Positions 8,069 to 17,262 are shown, numbered from the stretch's first letter. The stretch: DNA of 53,169 nt from Candidatus Omnitrophica bacterium UBA6249 (GCA_002441305.1 DJVT01000001.1:2328-55496); one strand, 5' to 3'. The notes: generated by a model not told the origin, from the letters alone. A program made the numbers and translations.

Positions 8069-8287
8069 ATGTTCAGAATCGGCAAGATGCTTGTGTTGTT
8101 CGGAGCGTTTATGGTTTTGTGCGGCTTGTTTTTTATGCTGGCGGGCAAAGTCCCTTTTATCGGCAGGCTGCCGGGGGATATCAGCATCCATACAAAAAGG
8201 ATGCATTTTTATTTTCCGCTGGCGACCTGTTTGGTGCTCAGCCTTTTATTCACTCTCATTGTAAATATATTCTTCAGGCATAAATAG
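8069..8287 (+). CDS. DUF2905-family small membrane protein
   Basis: 72 aa with G(K/R).P.IGRLPGDI motif between two TM helices. Confidence 0.7.
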   Translation: MFRIGKMLVLFGAFMVLCGLFFMLAGKVPFIGRLPGDISIHTKRMHFYFPLATCLVLSLLFTLIVNIFFRHK

Positions 8288-8342
8288 CCATCCGGGAGTT
8301 TTCCCGGTTGACGGGCAAGGCGCAATATAAGGAAGGGATAAT

Positions 8343-9167
8343 ATGATTACTTTAAAAGTCGATAAGAAAACCTGCAGGGGCGACGCAAGGTGCGTGGAGA
8401 TCTGTCCTTTCGGGATCCTGCGCATGAACGAAAAAGAGAATGTGCCGGAGTTTATCCCCGGGGGCGGAGAGATGTGCATTAACTGCGGGCATTGTTTTGC
8501 TTTTTGCCCGCCGGGCTCGATCGAATTGTCCACGATGTCTGTGGGGGATTGCATGCGGCTGGATTATTCCAGGCTGCCTTCCCCGGAGCAGGCGGAGTTA
8601 TTTTTAAAGGGCCGGCGTTCGATCAGGATCTATAAAGACCAGCCTCTGGCAAAGGAATCCATAGAAAAGATCCTGGATTGTGCGCGTTATGCGCCCTCCG
8701 GGATTAACCGCCAGCCGGTAAGCTGGCTGGCGCTTGATAATAAAGATAAGGTGCAGGAGGTCGCCGCTTCGGTAATCACCTGGATGGAGGAGCTTGCCGC
8801 AGCCAAATCTCCTATGGTAGAATCGTTTCGTTTTGACCGCCTGATTAAGTCTTGGAAGGAAGGCAAGGACCTGATTTGCCGTAACGCGCCCTGTCTTATT
8901 GTAGCCTACGGGGTAAAGGATGACCCTTTGGTGCCGCAGGCATGCACGATCTCCGCCGCTTACCTGGAACTGGCGGCTTTTGGCTTTGGCCTGGGAGCCT
9001 GTTGGGCAGGTTATGTGCAGATAGCGCTTAAGATGTCGGAGGGCGTAAGAAAAACCGCGGGCTTACCCGGAAGGGCAGAAGCCGGGGCGGTGATGATGGT
9101 AGGGTATTCGAAATACCGTTACAGCCGCATTCCCGCAAGAAACACGGCAAAGGTTATCTGGAAGTGA
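8343..9167 (+). CDS. Nitroreductase family protein with N-terminal 2x[4Fe-4S] ferredoxin domain
   Basis: CRGDARCVEICP and CINCGHCFAFCP clusters, then the RRSIR nitroreductase FMN-binding start. Confidence 0.8.
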   Translation: MITLKVDKKTCRGDARCVEICPFGILRMNEKENVPEFIPGGGEMCINCGHCFAFCPPGSIELSTMSVGDCMRLDYSRLPSPEQAELFLKGRRSIRIYKDQPLAKESIEKILDCARYAPSGINRQPVSWLALDNKDKVQEVAASVITWMEELAAAKSPMVESFRFDRLIKSWKEGKDLICRNAPCLIVAYGVKDDPLVPQACTISAAYLELAAFGFGLGACWAGYVQIALKMSEGVRKTAGLPGRAEAGAVMMVGYSKYRYSRIPARNTAKVIWK

Positions 9168-9204
9168 ATAGCCGGAAGGTTTACATGGGAAAAGAAAGGA
9201 AAAG

Positions 9205-10338
9205 ATGGGGTTTCTCAATAAGCGGCTAATCGGGCGGCTGATAATGCTGGTGTTTATCTGCTGTATGCTATTTGCGAATTTTCTTGCGGTCAGGCTGATG
9301 CTTAACTACGGGGTGGATACCTATTTTTATGATAAGCTGCAGGTTGCTTATTCGATCGGCGGTCCGGAAGGACTGAAGGCGGAGCTTGCCAAGATACCTG
9401 TTACAGACCCCCTGCGCAGGGAGGCGGTTTTGGCAAAGGATTTTTCTTTCAGGCTCAAGACAATGGGCGACCCGGAGGCCTTCCTGAAGGAAAAGGTTTA
9501 CGAGAGCAAGAAAAAGGCTTATTTTATCCGGGATATGCGCAGCGCAGCCATTTTTCTTATGCTTATACTGTTTGCCTGCCAGATGGTTCTCGGATTTACC
9601 GGAAAACCCGGGGCGATAAAAGGGGGACGCCTGCTCCTGTTCTTCCCGCTGCTCCTGTGTATTGCCGGCTGTGCCTGTATGGAGAAGGAATCCGGAGCGC
9701 CTGTTAAGGTTTCGGAAACGGCCCCTTTGGGGAGCATGCAGAATCCTATCGTGGACAGCGACAGCACTTTGGAGGAGGCTTTGCGCAAATATGCCCCTTT
9801 CGAATTCAAGAGAAGGCAGAGGCTTGTCGAGGTGCTTTATTACTCCTTTGACGGTAAAATCCACAAGGGCCAGCTGGTAATCGATGAAAGGCTCGTCGGC
9901 GATATCCGCGAGGTTTTCCGTGTCGCCCTGGAGGATAAATTTCCCATCCAATCGGTTATCCCTATTTCTAACAGTAAGTTCTATAAGGACGGGGAGTGGA
10001 ACGGGGATGATCAGTCTATGCTCGCAAATAACACTTCGGCTTTCAACTACCGCAAGGTTACCGGAGGGAAGAAGCTTTCCAAGCATTCTTACGGTTTTGC
10101 CATAGACATCAACCCGGTGCAGAACCCTTATATCAAGAAGGATATTGTCCTGCCTCCCGGGGCGGTTTACGACCCCTTTGTCCCGGGTACCCTTACTTCG
10201 GATTGCGCAGTTGTGCTGGCTTTTACGCGTTTAGGCTGGACATGGGGAGGGCGGTGGAGCTCGTTAAAGGATTATCAGCACTTCGAAAAGGTGGCAGGCG
10301 ATTTGCGGGAGTATGAGCAAAGCGCCGATGCGGAGTAA
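9205..10338 (+). CDS. M15-family (VanY/LdcB-like) cell-wall metallopeptidase with N-terminal membrane region
   Basis: HSYGFAIDINP and W.WGG.W...DYQHFE zinc-ligand motifs. Three hydrophobic segments in the first 165 aa. Confidence 0.7.
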   Translation: MGFLNKRLIGRLIMLVFICCMLFANFLAVRLMLNYGVDTYFYDKLQVAYSIGGPEGLKAELAKIPVTDPLRREAVLAKDFSFRLKTMGDPEAFLKEKVYESKKKAYFIRDMRSAAIFLMLILFACQMVLGFTGKPGAIKGGRLLLFFPLLLCIAGCACMEKESGAPVKVSETAPLGSMQNPIVDSDSTLEEALRKYAPFEFKRRQRLVEVLYYSFDGKIHKGQLVIDERLVGDIREVFRVALEDKFPIQSVIPISNSKFYKDGEWNGDDQSMLANNTSAFNYRKVTGGKKLSKHSYGFAIDINPVQNPYIKKDIVLPPGAVYDPFVPGTLTSDCAVVLAFTRLGWTWGGRWSSLKDYQHFEKVAGDLREYEQSADAE

Positions 10339-10405
10339 TTTTTATCATTTTTCATTTGCTAATTCCATAGCGGAATGTATAATAGTCGGTCAGAAGGGAG
10401 GGCGT

Positions 10406-10657
10406 ATGGGTAAACTGAATGTGAAGGCATTTGCTTTGGCCTGCGGCGTGTTGTGGGGCGGCAGTATGTTGATCATGGGGTTAGTCGATACGGTTTCCAC
10501 CTGGGGGGACGCCTGGGGCTCGGTAATGGCGAGTGTGTATTTAGGGTATACCCCGACAGTCCTGGGAAGCATAATCGGAGGCATCTGGGGGTTTGTGGAT
10601 GCCGGCATAGGCGGGTTGCTGCTTGCCTGGCTGTATAATAAGTTCCTGAAGCCCTAA
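10406..10657 (+). CDS. Small Gly-rich membrane protein (83 aa), hypothetical
   Basis: GGGAGG RBS 5 nt before the internal ATG at 10406. Three hydrophobic G-rich helices. Confidence 0.6.
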   Translation: MGKLNVKAFALACGVLWGGSMLIMGLVDTVSTWGDAWGSVMASVYLGYTPTVLGSIIGGIWGFVDAGIGGLLLAWLYNKFLKP

Positions 10658-10759
10658 GAACCGGATATTTGCGTTTCGGGCGCCTGAGGCGTTTTCCCCG
10701 GGCGCCTTTATCTCATGCGCGAAATTACTTTAAAACAAATTCGAGAGGAGGTGAGCAAA

Positions 10760-10990
10760 ATGAAGAAGCTGATATTTTTGTTTTTGGCTCTTTGCCTGGC
10801 CGGAGGTTTAGCCCTGGCCGCAGAGATGTCCAAAACGGCGGATGAACCGTCCGTGACGGTTATAGATTCGTCATCCGAAACTATCGAAACAGACAATGCT
10901 TCGGACTCTTATGAGCCATCGGTTGATTCCGAGAAAACGGATGATGAGATGGAAAAGGGTGCTACCGAGGAAGCAGGTGCGTCCAAATAA
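10760..10990 (+). CDS. Small secreted acidic protein, hypothetical
   Basis: GAGAGGAGGTGA RBS. Signal peptide MKKLIFLFLALCLAGGLALA. D/E/S-rich mature part. Confidence 0.55.
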   Translation: MKKLIFLFLALCLAGGLALAAEMSKTADEPSVTVIDSSSETIETDNASDSYEPSVDSEKTDDEMEKGATEEAGASK

Positions 10991-11107
10991 CATCCGGGGA
11001 TAAACGCTGGCAGCAATTTGAGTACCGGTTGCTGCCGAGCAGGTTGGCGATGAGCTTAGTTTGATTTCAATCAAAAACCAGAAATAATTCATTCATTATA
11101 GATAAAA

Positions 11108-11139
11108 AGGCCTCTTCCTACGGGGAGGAGGTCTTTTTA
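11108..11139 (+). terminator. Intrinsic terminator
   Basis: AGGCCTCTTCC / GGGAGGAGGTCT stem (one G-U pair) followed by T5. A second hairpin lies at 11009-11036. Confidence 0.7.
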
Positions 11140-11166
11140 TTTGCAGGTTTGAGGAAGGCGCATCCC

Positions 11167-11195
11167 TTAAATTATGGGTAATAATATGTTATACT
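11167..11195 (+). promoter_or_regulatory. Promoter (extended -10) for the Cys/Trp-rich small gene
   Basis: TTAAAT, 17-nt spacer, TGtTATACT. Confidence 0.4.
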
Positions 11196-11216
11196 TTAAT
11201 TAACAAAGGGGGGATT

Positions 11217-11429
11217 ATGGATAAACTGCGGGAACCCCAGTATTGCTGGCAGTTTTGGTCATGCGTCAAAGCTGTCAGAGAAAAATGCCCGGTCTACCAG
11301 AAGAATTACGGCAAGAGGTGCTGGCTGTTATCCGGCTGTACAACTATGGTTGAGCGAGCTTTTAAGAATTGCTGGGATTGCCCGTGGTATATTCAGACTG
11401 GTTTTGCCGAGGCCGAAGGCAGGGTTTAA
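11217..11429 (+). CDS. Small Cys/Trp-rich protein (70 aa), possibly 'two-CW' type
   Basis: GGGGGG RBS. Repeated CW dipeptides (YCWQFWSC, RCWLLSGC, NCWDCPWY) and 7 Cys in 70 aa. Family name is from memory and unverified. Confidence 0.5.
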   Translation: MDKLREPQYCWQFWSCVKAVREKCPVYQKNYGKRCWLLSGCTTMVERAFKNCWDCPWYIQTGFAEAEGRV

Positions 11430-11467
11430 CCTTTCTTTCCGTATTGAGCCACCTATGAGTTTTCCGG

Positions 11468-11496
11468 TTGACAATACTCCTGTGTAATTGTAAAAT
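11468..11496 (+). promoter_or_regulatory. Near-consensus sigma70 promoter for the HtrA-like gene
   Basis: TTGACA (11468-11473), 17-nt spacer, TAAAAT (11491-11496). This argues the real start is the ATG at 11531. Confidence 0.55.
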
Positions 11497-11530
11497 TTTA
11501 TTCTACAGTCTTGTTGCTCACAGGAGGGTT

Positions 11531-12688
11531 ATGAAGACCGCTCGCCTTTTACCGGCAATTATTTTTTCAGTTTTTCTATCCGGCATTTTTTCCCTGCCTG
11601 CGGAAGCCGCCGACGGCGTCCGCCAGACCCCTATAGTCAAGGTAGTCAGCCAGACAGCCAGATCCGTAGTTAATATAAGTACGGAGAAGGTGGTTTTCCT
11701 GCGCCAGAATCCTTACTGGGGCGTGTACGGCAACGACTTCGATGCTTTATTCAGCCAGTTTTCCACTTTCCACGGGATGGCCCCGGCATTCAAATTAAAA
11801 AGCGTGGGTTCGGGCGTAATCGTCGATAAGGGCGGGCTGGTCGCTACCAACGCCCATGTGGTAAACATGGCGAGCACGATATATGTTATCCTCAATGACG
11901 GCACCCAGCTCAAGGGGGAGCTCGTATATGAGGACAAGGACAGCGACCTCGCCTTTGTGAAGATTTCTTATTCCAAACCTCTCAGCGAGGCGGTATTGGG
12001 CCAGACCGGGGATTTGATGCTTGGCGAGACCGTAGTGGCCATCGGTAACCCCCTGGGGCTTGAGAATACCGTTACTTCGGGCATCCTCAGCGGAAAAAAC
12101 AGGAAATTTTATTCATCCCGGGGCACATTGGTCATGGGGGATATGCTCCAAGTGGATGCCCCGATCAACCCGGGAAACAGCGGAGGCCCGCTTTTCAACC
12201 TGGACGCGCAGCTTATAGGGATAAATGTTGCGGTGGTGCAGTATTCCCAGAGTATAGGATTCGCTATACCCGTGGAAAAGCTTAAGTCCTCAATGGATGA
12301 GTACAAGCGCAATCCAAAGGCTCCTGCCGCACCGGCCAAGCCCAAGCCTCTCCCTTTCAAAAGCGTGTTCGGCGCTCCTTCGATCCTCGGCCTGCCTTAT
12401 GAAACGGAGCCGGAGATACAGGATAACCCCGAAGAATACCTGATAAGGTTCGATATATCCGGGTTGGACAAGAGCAAGGTCAGGGTGGAGGTGGACAAGA
12501 ATTTTATCAAGATAAGCGGAGAGTATTCCTCCGGCAGCGAGGAGAAATCCCCTTCCGCGTCGTTGAAGTCGAAGAGTTTCGGCTCGTTCATCCGCACTAT
12601 ACCCCTTCCCGAGGATGCCGATCCCGAGGGCGCAAAAACCGACTTCCAGGGGGATAGTATATTTGTGCGCATAGCGAAGAAAAAATGA
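11531..12688 (+). CDS. Secreted HtrA/DegP-like S1C serine protease fused to a C-terminal Hsp20/alpha-crystallin domain (no PDZ)
   Basis: AGGAGG RBS and signal peptide ending PAEA. Catalytic H (TNAHV), D (DSDLAF), S (GNSGGP). Pro/Ala linker, then [30 protein letters not shown]...[34 protein letters not shown], a typical ACD pattern. Confidence 0.8.
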   Translation: MKTARLLPAIIFSVFLSGIFSLPAEAADGVRQTPIVKVVSQTARSVVNISTEKVVFLRQNPYWGVYGNDFDALFSQFSTFHGMAPAFKLKSVGSGVIVDKGGLVATNAHVVNMASTIYVILNDGTQLKGELVYEDKDSDLAFVKISYSKPLSEAVLGQTGDLMLGETVVAIGNPLGLENTVTSGILSGKNRKFYSSRGTLVMGDMLQVDAPINPGNSGGPLFNLDAQLIGINVAVVQYSQSIGFAIPVEKLKSSMDEYKRNPKAPAAPAKPKPLPFKSVFGAPSILGLPYETEPEIQDNPEEYLIRFDISGLDKSKVRVEVDKNFIKISGEYSSGSEEKSPSASLKSKSFGSFIRTIPLPEDADPEGAKTDFQGDSIFVRIAKKK

Positions 12689-12737
12689 ACCCGGAAGGGT
12701 TCTTATACAGGAAGGTCCTTATGACAGGAGGCAGGAA

Positions 12738-13307
12738 ATGAAAAAGTCAATCGGAGTCAAGACAGTTGTTTTTCCCACCCCGGTTTTTATCGTCGGCACG
12801 TATAACAAGGATTCCAAGCCCAATGCCATGGCCGTAGCCTGGGGCGGGATATCCTGTTCGGATCCTGCCTGCGTGAGCGTCTCGATAAGGGAGGCCACTT
12901 ACACTTATTCCAATATGCTGGAAAAGAAGGCTTTTACCGTGAATATTCCCTCGGAGGCATATATAAAAGAGGCGGATTATTTCGGTATGGCTTCCGGCAG
13001 GGCGGAGGATAAGTTTGCCGCCAGCGGCCTTACCCCGGTCAAGGGGGATTTTGTGGATGCCCCTTACATAAAAGAATTTCCTTTTGTCATGGAGTGTTCC
13101 TTCCTTCACGCGGTAAAAGTCGGGCTGCATACGATTTTTATCGGGCAGATAAAGGATATTAAAGTGGAGGAGGAGTTTTTGACGGAGGGGGGCGTTGCCG
13201 ATATGGAAAAGATCAAGCCTTTGATTTTCAACCCCGCCAGCCGCACCTATTACGGGGTAGGCAGGTATTTAGCCGATGCCTTCTCCGTGGGGAGGAAGGA
13301 TAAGTAG
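12738..13307 (+). CDS. Flavin reductase / flavoredoxin family protein
   Basis: P..IVGT.....PN.M..AW pattern; ~190 aa. Confidence 0.75.
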   Translation: MKKSIGVKTVVFPTPVFIVGTYNKDSKPNAMAVAWGGISCSDPACVSVSIREATYTYSNMLEKKAFTVNIPSEAYIKEADYFGMASGRAEDKFAASGLTPVKGDFVDAPYIKEFPFVMECSFLHAVKVGLHTIFIGQIKDIKVEEEFLTEGGVADMEKIKPLIFNPASRTYYGVGRYLADAFSVGRKDK

Positions 13308-13311
13308 CGCC

Positions 13312-13974
13312 ATGCCGGGACCGGCCCGTCGTTTATTGACTGCCGAAGAGGCAGGGGAGTTAGACAGGAAGGCAGTGTCGGAATTCGGCATGCCGGTGCT
13401 CCTGCTTATGGAGAACGCGGGCAGGGCAGTGAGCGAGGAGGCCTTGAAATGGCTCCGGGGCAGGGCGTTAAAAACAGCCGTATTTTGCGGCAGCGGCAAC
13501 AACGGCGGGGATGGTTTGTGCGCCGCGCGCCATCTTGTTACGCATGGGGTAAAGCCGGATATTTACCTTGCCGGGGGTGCACCTTGCGCCAAAAATGAGG
13601 CAGGGGCCAACCTGGATATTCTCCTGCGCATGAAACAAAAGATAATACCTCTTACGCCGTCCAGGGCTATTTCTTTAAGGAGCAGGATATCCGCATACGG
13701 CCTTATAGTCGATGCCCTCTTAGGGGTGGGGATAAAGGGCGCCCCGCGCTATATGTACCAGAAGACAATAGAAACAATCAATTCTTCTTCCGCCTATATC
13801 TTGTCCGTGGACATCCCATCCGGGATGCAGGCGGATTCCGGAGAGATACCGGGCGCGTGCATAAAGGCGGACAAAACGGTTACTTTCGTAGCCAGGAAGC
13901 GCTGCATGGCCCTGAACCCGGCCAGGAAATATTGCGGAAGAATAACGGTAAGGAGCATAGGGATTGCGTTATAA
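13312..13974 (+). CDS. NAD(P)H-hydrate epimerase (YjeF N-terminal domain only)
   Basis: LMENAG...CG.GNNGGDG motif. The C-terminal dehydratase domain is absent. Confidence 0.8.
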   Translation: MPGPARRLLTAEEAGELDRKAVSEFGMPVLLLMENAGRAVSEEALKWLRGRALKTAVFCGSGNNGGDGLCAARHLVTHGVKPDIYLAGGAPCAKNEAGANLDILLRMKQKIIPLTPSRAISLRSRISAYGLIVDALLGVGIKGAPRYMYQKTIETINSSSAYILSVDIPSGMQADSGEIPGACIKADKTVTFVARKRCMALNPARKYCGRITVRSIGIAL

Positions 13975-14389
13975 AACCATATTGCTTTTGGCTTTGGCGT
14001 TGAACCTGTCTTTTCTGCCTGCCTGTTTTGCGGGGGAGTATGGCGTAAGATTAGATACCGGGCCGTATAACGATCCCCCGGCGCCCAGGCTCAGGTATCC
14101 TATAAACGAAACTGCGGTTATAACCGGCGATGAACCGTTGGAGTTCAGGTGGTGGGATACGCAGAACGGGATACGCGCCTATACCATCAAGATATATAAA
14201 GGCTACAATATGTACGCTTCAGGGTTGATATATAAGAAGGAGCTTCCTTCGTACGCCTCCTCTCTTAAGGTCAGCCAGGATTTATTCGAAGACGGGCAGG
14301 TTTATACATGGTCTTTGCTCTGCGTGTCTTTGGCCGGTTTCCGCAGCGAGCGGAGTTTTAATTCGTTCAAGGTAATTAAAGAGGGGTAA
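13964..14389 (+). CDS. Secreted protein, hypothetical (TTG start)
   Basis: Signal peptide LLLALALNLSFLPACFAG. AGGAG 9 nt upstream. Confidence 0.5.
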   Translation: MRYKTILLLALALNLSFLPACFAGEYGVRLDTGPYNDPPAPRLRYPINETAVITGDEPLEFRWWDTQNGIRAYTIKIYKGYNMYASGLIYKKELPSYASSLKVSQDLFEDGQVYTWSLLCVSLAGFRSERSFNSFKVIKEG

Positions 14390-14393
14390 CGGC

Positions 14394-15794
14394 ATGAAGA
14401 ACGGCATAACTTTTTTCCGGAGTTTCTACGTCAAGGTAGTGCTATCGTTCATATTTTCCTTATTGTTCGTCGCCCTCCTGGGGAATTTTCTTCTTTTGCG
14501 CTACAGCCTTAAATCCCAGTTCACCCAGCTGCGCGAGAAGATAAAAGTTATTGCCCAGACCGCAGTGCTTTCGCTGGACGTTTCAGGGCTGGAGAGTGTT
14601 CCGCTCAGCCCCGCGGGGGTGGAGAGCGATTCCTTCCGGGAGCTGTCTTCCCAGCTTCTCAGGATAAAAAACGCCAATCCCCTGGTTAAATACATATACA
14701 TAATGAAGAAGACGGAGGAACCGGGAATTTATATGTTTGTAGTCGATCTGGACGCTGTTTCGGGCGGCAGCCCCAAGCTGAATGCCACTTCTTTCCCCGG
14801 GGACAGGTATAACGCCGGGCGTTTCCCGGAGATGCTCAAGGCTTTTGACGGTCCGCGCGCGGACCAAAGACTGGTTGTTGATGAATGGGGGAAGATGCTT
14901 TCCGGGTATGCGCCGATACCCGGCAAAGACGGGTTTCCTGTTGCCATACTCGGCATAGATATAGACGCCAGCGATGTTTATGCGGCGGAAAGAGGGCTCC
15001 TGCGCAGGGGGGTATTTGTTTTGTTTACCGGCATCGTTTTCTCCCTGCTGCTCGGCTCGCTGGTTTCTTCCAGGATAATCGTTCCGATAAGGAAGCTTAT
15101 CGAAGGGACAAGGCGCATAGGGGTGGGCGATTTGAATTACCGGGTGGATATCCGTTCGCATGACGAAATAGGCCAGCTGGCGGCATCCTTCAATGAGATG
15201 ACCCTGGGGCTTTCCGAAGCCAGGAAAAAGCTGCACGATTATTTTTACCGCATGGTGCAAGCGATGATCCGCAGCCTTGAAGCCAAGGATCCCTATACGC
15301 GGGGGCATTCGGACAGGGTAAGCGAACTTTCGTATGATATTGCTTTGAAGATGGGGGTGAAACAGGAAGATGCGGAGATGCTTAAAAAAGCCGCCCAGAT
15401 GCATGATATCGGCAAGCTCGGAATGCACGATGATATACTTAACAAGAAAAGCGGGCTTTCTCAGGGGGAGTGGGATACGGTGCGCAAGCATCCTGAGGTG
15501 GGAGAGGAGATACTCAAGCCCGTGTTCCTGGATCGACGCATGCTTTCTGTCATAAGGTCGCACCACGAACGCTTTGACGGCACGGGGTACCCGGACGGGC
15601 TGAAAGACGGGCAGATCAGCATCTTTGCCCAGATCGCCTCCGTCGCGGACGCTTATGACGCGATGACTTCTTCCCGCTCATACCACGCCGCGCTCGGCAG
15701 GGAAGAAGCGGTCGCCAGGATAAAAGCCGGTTCCGGGACTCAGTTCAATCCGGATGTTGTCCGGGCCCTGCTTGAAGTATTCGGTTTAACCTGA
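14394..15794 (+). CDS. Membrane sensor HD-GYP phosphodiesterase (periplasmic sensor, HAMP, HD-GYP)
   Basis: Two TM helices flanking a ~170-aa loop, a HAMP region, and HD...MHDIGK...HHERFDGTGYPDGL. Confidence 0.9.
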   Translation: MKNGITFFRSFYVKVVLSFIFSLLFVALLGNFLLLRYSLKSQFTQLREKIKVIAQTAVLSLDVSGLESVPLSPAGVESDSFRELSSQLLRIKNANPLVKYIYIMKKTEEPGIYMFVVDLDAVSGGSPKLNATSFPGDRYNAGRFPEMLKAFDGPRADQRLVVDEWGKMLSGYAPIPGKDGFPVAILGIDIDASDVYAAERGLLRRGVFVLFTGIVFSLLLGSLVSSRIIVPIRKLIEGTRRIGVGDLNYRVDIRSHDEIGQLAASFNEMTLGLSEARKKLHDYFYRMVQAMIRSLEAKDPYTRGHSDRVSELSYDIALKMGVKQEDAEMLKKAAQMHDIGKLGMHDDILNKKSGLSQGEWDTVRKHPEVGEEILKPVFLDRRMLSVIRSHHERFDGTGYPDGLKDGQISIFAQIASVADAYDAMTSSRSYHAALGREEAVARIKAGSGTQFNPDVVRALLEVFGLT

Positions 15795-15809
15795 ACGTAA
15801 GGAGGATGT

Positions 15810-16235
15810 ATGAAAGTCTTGATTGCGGCGATCTCCGACCACGCCTGGGTCGAAAACGGGTGCCTGACATTGTGCCGTGCCTTTGACAGCATAAAGGTGA
15901 AGAAGTTCCCCTATGCCATACCGCGCATGAGTTTTGCCCTGCGTATCCTGATCAACCGCCTTGAAGAGGGGGAGCATAAATTGAACCTTTCCCTTACCGA
16001 TTCCGACGGCAAGAAACTGATGAACAGCGATATAAATATCAAGTTCCAGTTTCCCGCAGAGTCAGTCCCGGAGACGTCTTTTTCTTTCGCGCTCAACGGG
16101 CAGAACGTGGTTTTCCAGAAACCGGGGGATTACGTGGCCAATATACTGGTTGACGGGAGGCTTGAGGCGAGCGTGCCGCTTTATGTCAGAGAGGAAAAAG
16201 ACGGGGGGCCGCTTGAGATCCCCGACAAAATTTAA
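15810..16235 (+). CDS. Hypothetical protein (141 aa)
   Basis: GGAGGA RBS and normal codon usage; no motif recognised. Confidence 0.5.
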   Translation: MKVLIAAISDHAWVENGCLTLCRAFDSIKVKKFPYAIPRMSFALRILINRLEEGEHKLNLSLTDSDGKKLMNSDINIKFQFPAESVPETSFSFALNGQNVVFQKPGDYVANILVDGRLEASVPLYVREEKDGGPLEIPDKI

Positions 16236-16246
16236 GGAGAGAGAAG

Positions 16247-16501
16247 GTGGGGAGGATCAGGCTTGATCTGCACGCGGTCTATAATGACGGGCGCGCCATC
16301 GAAAGCGAGATGAGGAGAGTTGTCGATGAGGCCGTAAAGAAGAAGATCGATGAGGTAGAGATCATTCCCGGCAAAGGGAGCGGGCAGTTAAAAAAGCATG
16401 TCCTGCGTTTCCTCATGCGGCCGGATGTAAAACGCCTTTACCACCGCCTGGAAAAAGACGATAAGAATTTCGGCAGGATATTCGTGCATTTCAGGCATTG
16501 A
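16247..16501 (+). CDS. Smr domain-containing protein (GTG start)
   Basis: LDLH.........V....IIPGKGSG.LK..V..FL pattern; 84 aa. Confidence 0.75.
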   Translation: MGRIRLDLHAVYNDGRAIESEMRRVVDEAVKKKIDEVEIIPGKGSGQLKKHVLRFLMRPDVKRLYHRLEKDDKNFGRIFVHFRH

Positions 16502-16521
16502 CCGGGAAGGGTTATTTTATC

Positions 16522-16549
16522 TGGACAAGCGGCCAGGATGTGTTATAAT
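16522..16549 (+). promoter_or_regulatory. Promoter with extended -10
   Basis: TGGACA, 16-nt spacer, TGtTATAAT (TATAAT at 16544-16549). Confidence 0.4.
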
Positions 16550-16634
16550 CCCTTCAACCAGGAATTGGTAAACACAAGACGGGCCGCGGGGTTTAATTGA
16601 CCTTCGCGGTTTTTTGCTAAAAACCGGGTGCGCT

Positions 16635-17030
16635 ATGAAGAAGAAAAAGGAAAAGGACGGAAAGATCGATTGTTTTAAGTGCAAGAAGCAGTCGGATTGC
16701 TGCCGGATCGGGGCCTGGATAGACCTGGAGGAGGCGCAAAAGATACTCTCGGCGGGCATAAAAGGGGATTTCTTCCACCTGGAGATCGACGAGGAATTCC
16801 CTTCGGGGTATAAGGTGGGCACGAGCTATGAGGATGAGCCCTGCGTTTTTCTTGATGCGGACGGATTATGCAGGATACATAAAGTCGATTATTCTCTCAA
16901 GCCGGTGACTTGCAAGGAATTCCCCTATGAAGGGGGCAAGATCGCTCCCATCGCCAAATACTTATGCGTAGAGCATAGGATTAATTTGCGGAGAGGGGCA
17001 GGCAGGAAGAAGAGAAGCGGAAATGGATAA
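16635..17030 (+). CDS. YkgJ-family cysteine-cluster protein
   Basis: CFKCKKQSDCC motif (CxxCxxxxCC) and downstream C..H...C pattern. Confidence 0.7.
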   Translation: MKKKKEKDGKIDCFKCKKQSDCCRIGAWIDLEEAQKILSAGIKGDFFHLEIDEEFPSGYKVGTSYEDEPCVFLDADGLCRIHKVDYSLKPVTCKEFPYEGGKIAPIAKYLCVEHRINLRRGAGRKKRSGNG

Positions 17031-17262
17031 TAAGAGGCCCGAAAAATGGTATTTTAAGACATGGTCGCTGGTGCTTTCATTTTTTTGCGTAGGCCCGTTT
17101 ATGCTCCCCTTGATCTGGTTCCACCCGCTGTTCAGCAAGAAGTCCAAGATAATAATCAGCGTAGTCGTCATCGTTTTTACTGCCGTGCTTGCTTTTTTCT
17201 TCATCAGATCGCTGAAGTCCCTGGGCGATTACTACCAGTTTATAGAAAATGAAATATACTAA
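17023..17262 (+). CDS. Small membrane protein (79 aa), hypothetical
   Basis: Two hydrophobic helices; overlaps neighbours by a few nt (operon-like). Confidence 0.5.
   Translation: MDNKRPEKWYFKTWSLVLSFFCVGPFMLPLIWFHPLFSKKSKIIISVVVIVFTAVLAFFFIRSLKSLGDYYQFIENEIY

Noticed and set aside
8017-8283. 88-aa alternative-frame ORF overlapping the DUF2905 gene
   Set aside because: The DUF2905 frame has the family motif (IGRLPGDI) and a proper RBS. The alternative frame is Arg/Gly-rich noise.
9268-10086. 272-aa minus-strand ORF
   Set aside because: Lies entirely antisense to the M15 peptidase gene, which has clear catalytic motifs. The sequence is Arg/Leu/Gln-rich, as expected for a shadow ORF in GC-rich coding DNA, with no RBS or motif.
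14583-15566. 327-aa minus-strand ORF
   Set aside because: Antisense to the HAMP/HD-GYP gene, whose motifs are unambiguous. Composition is shadow-ORF-like.
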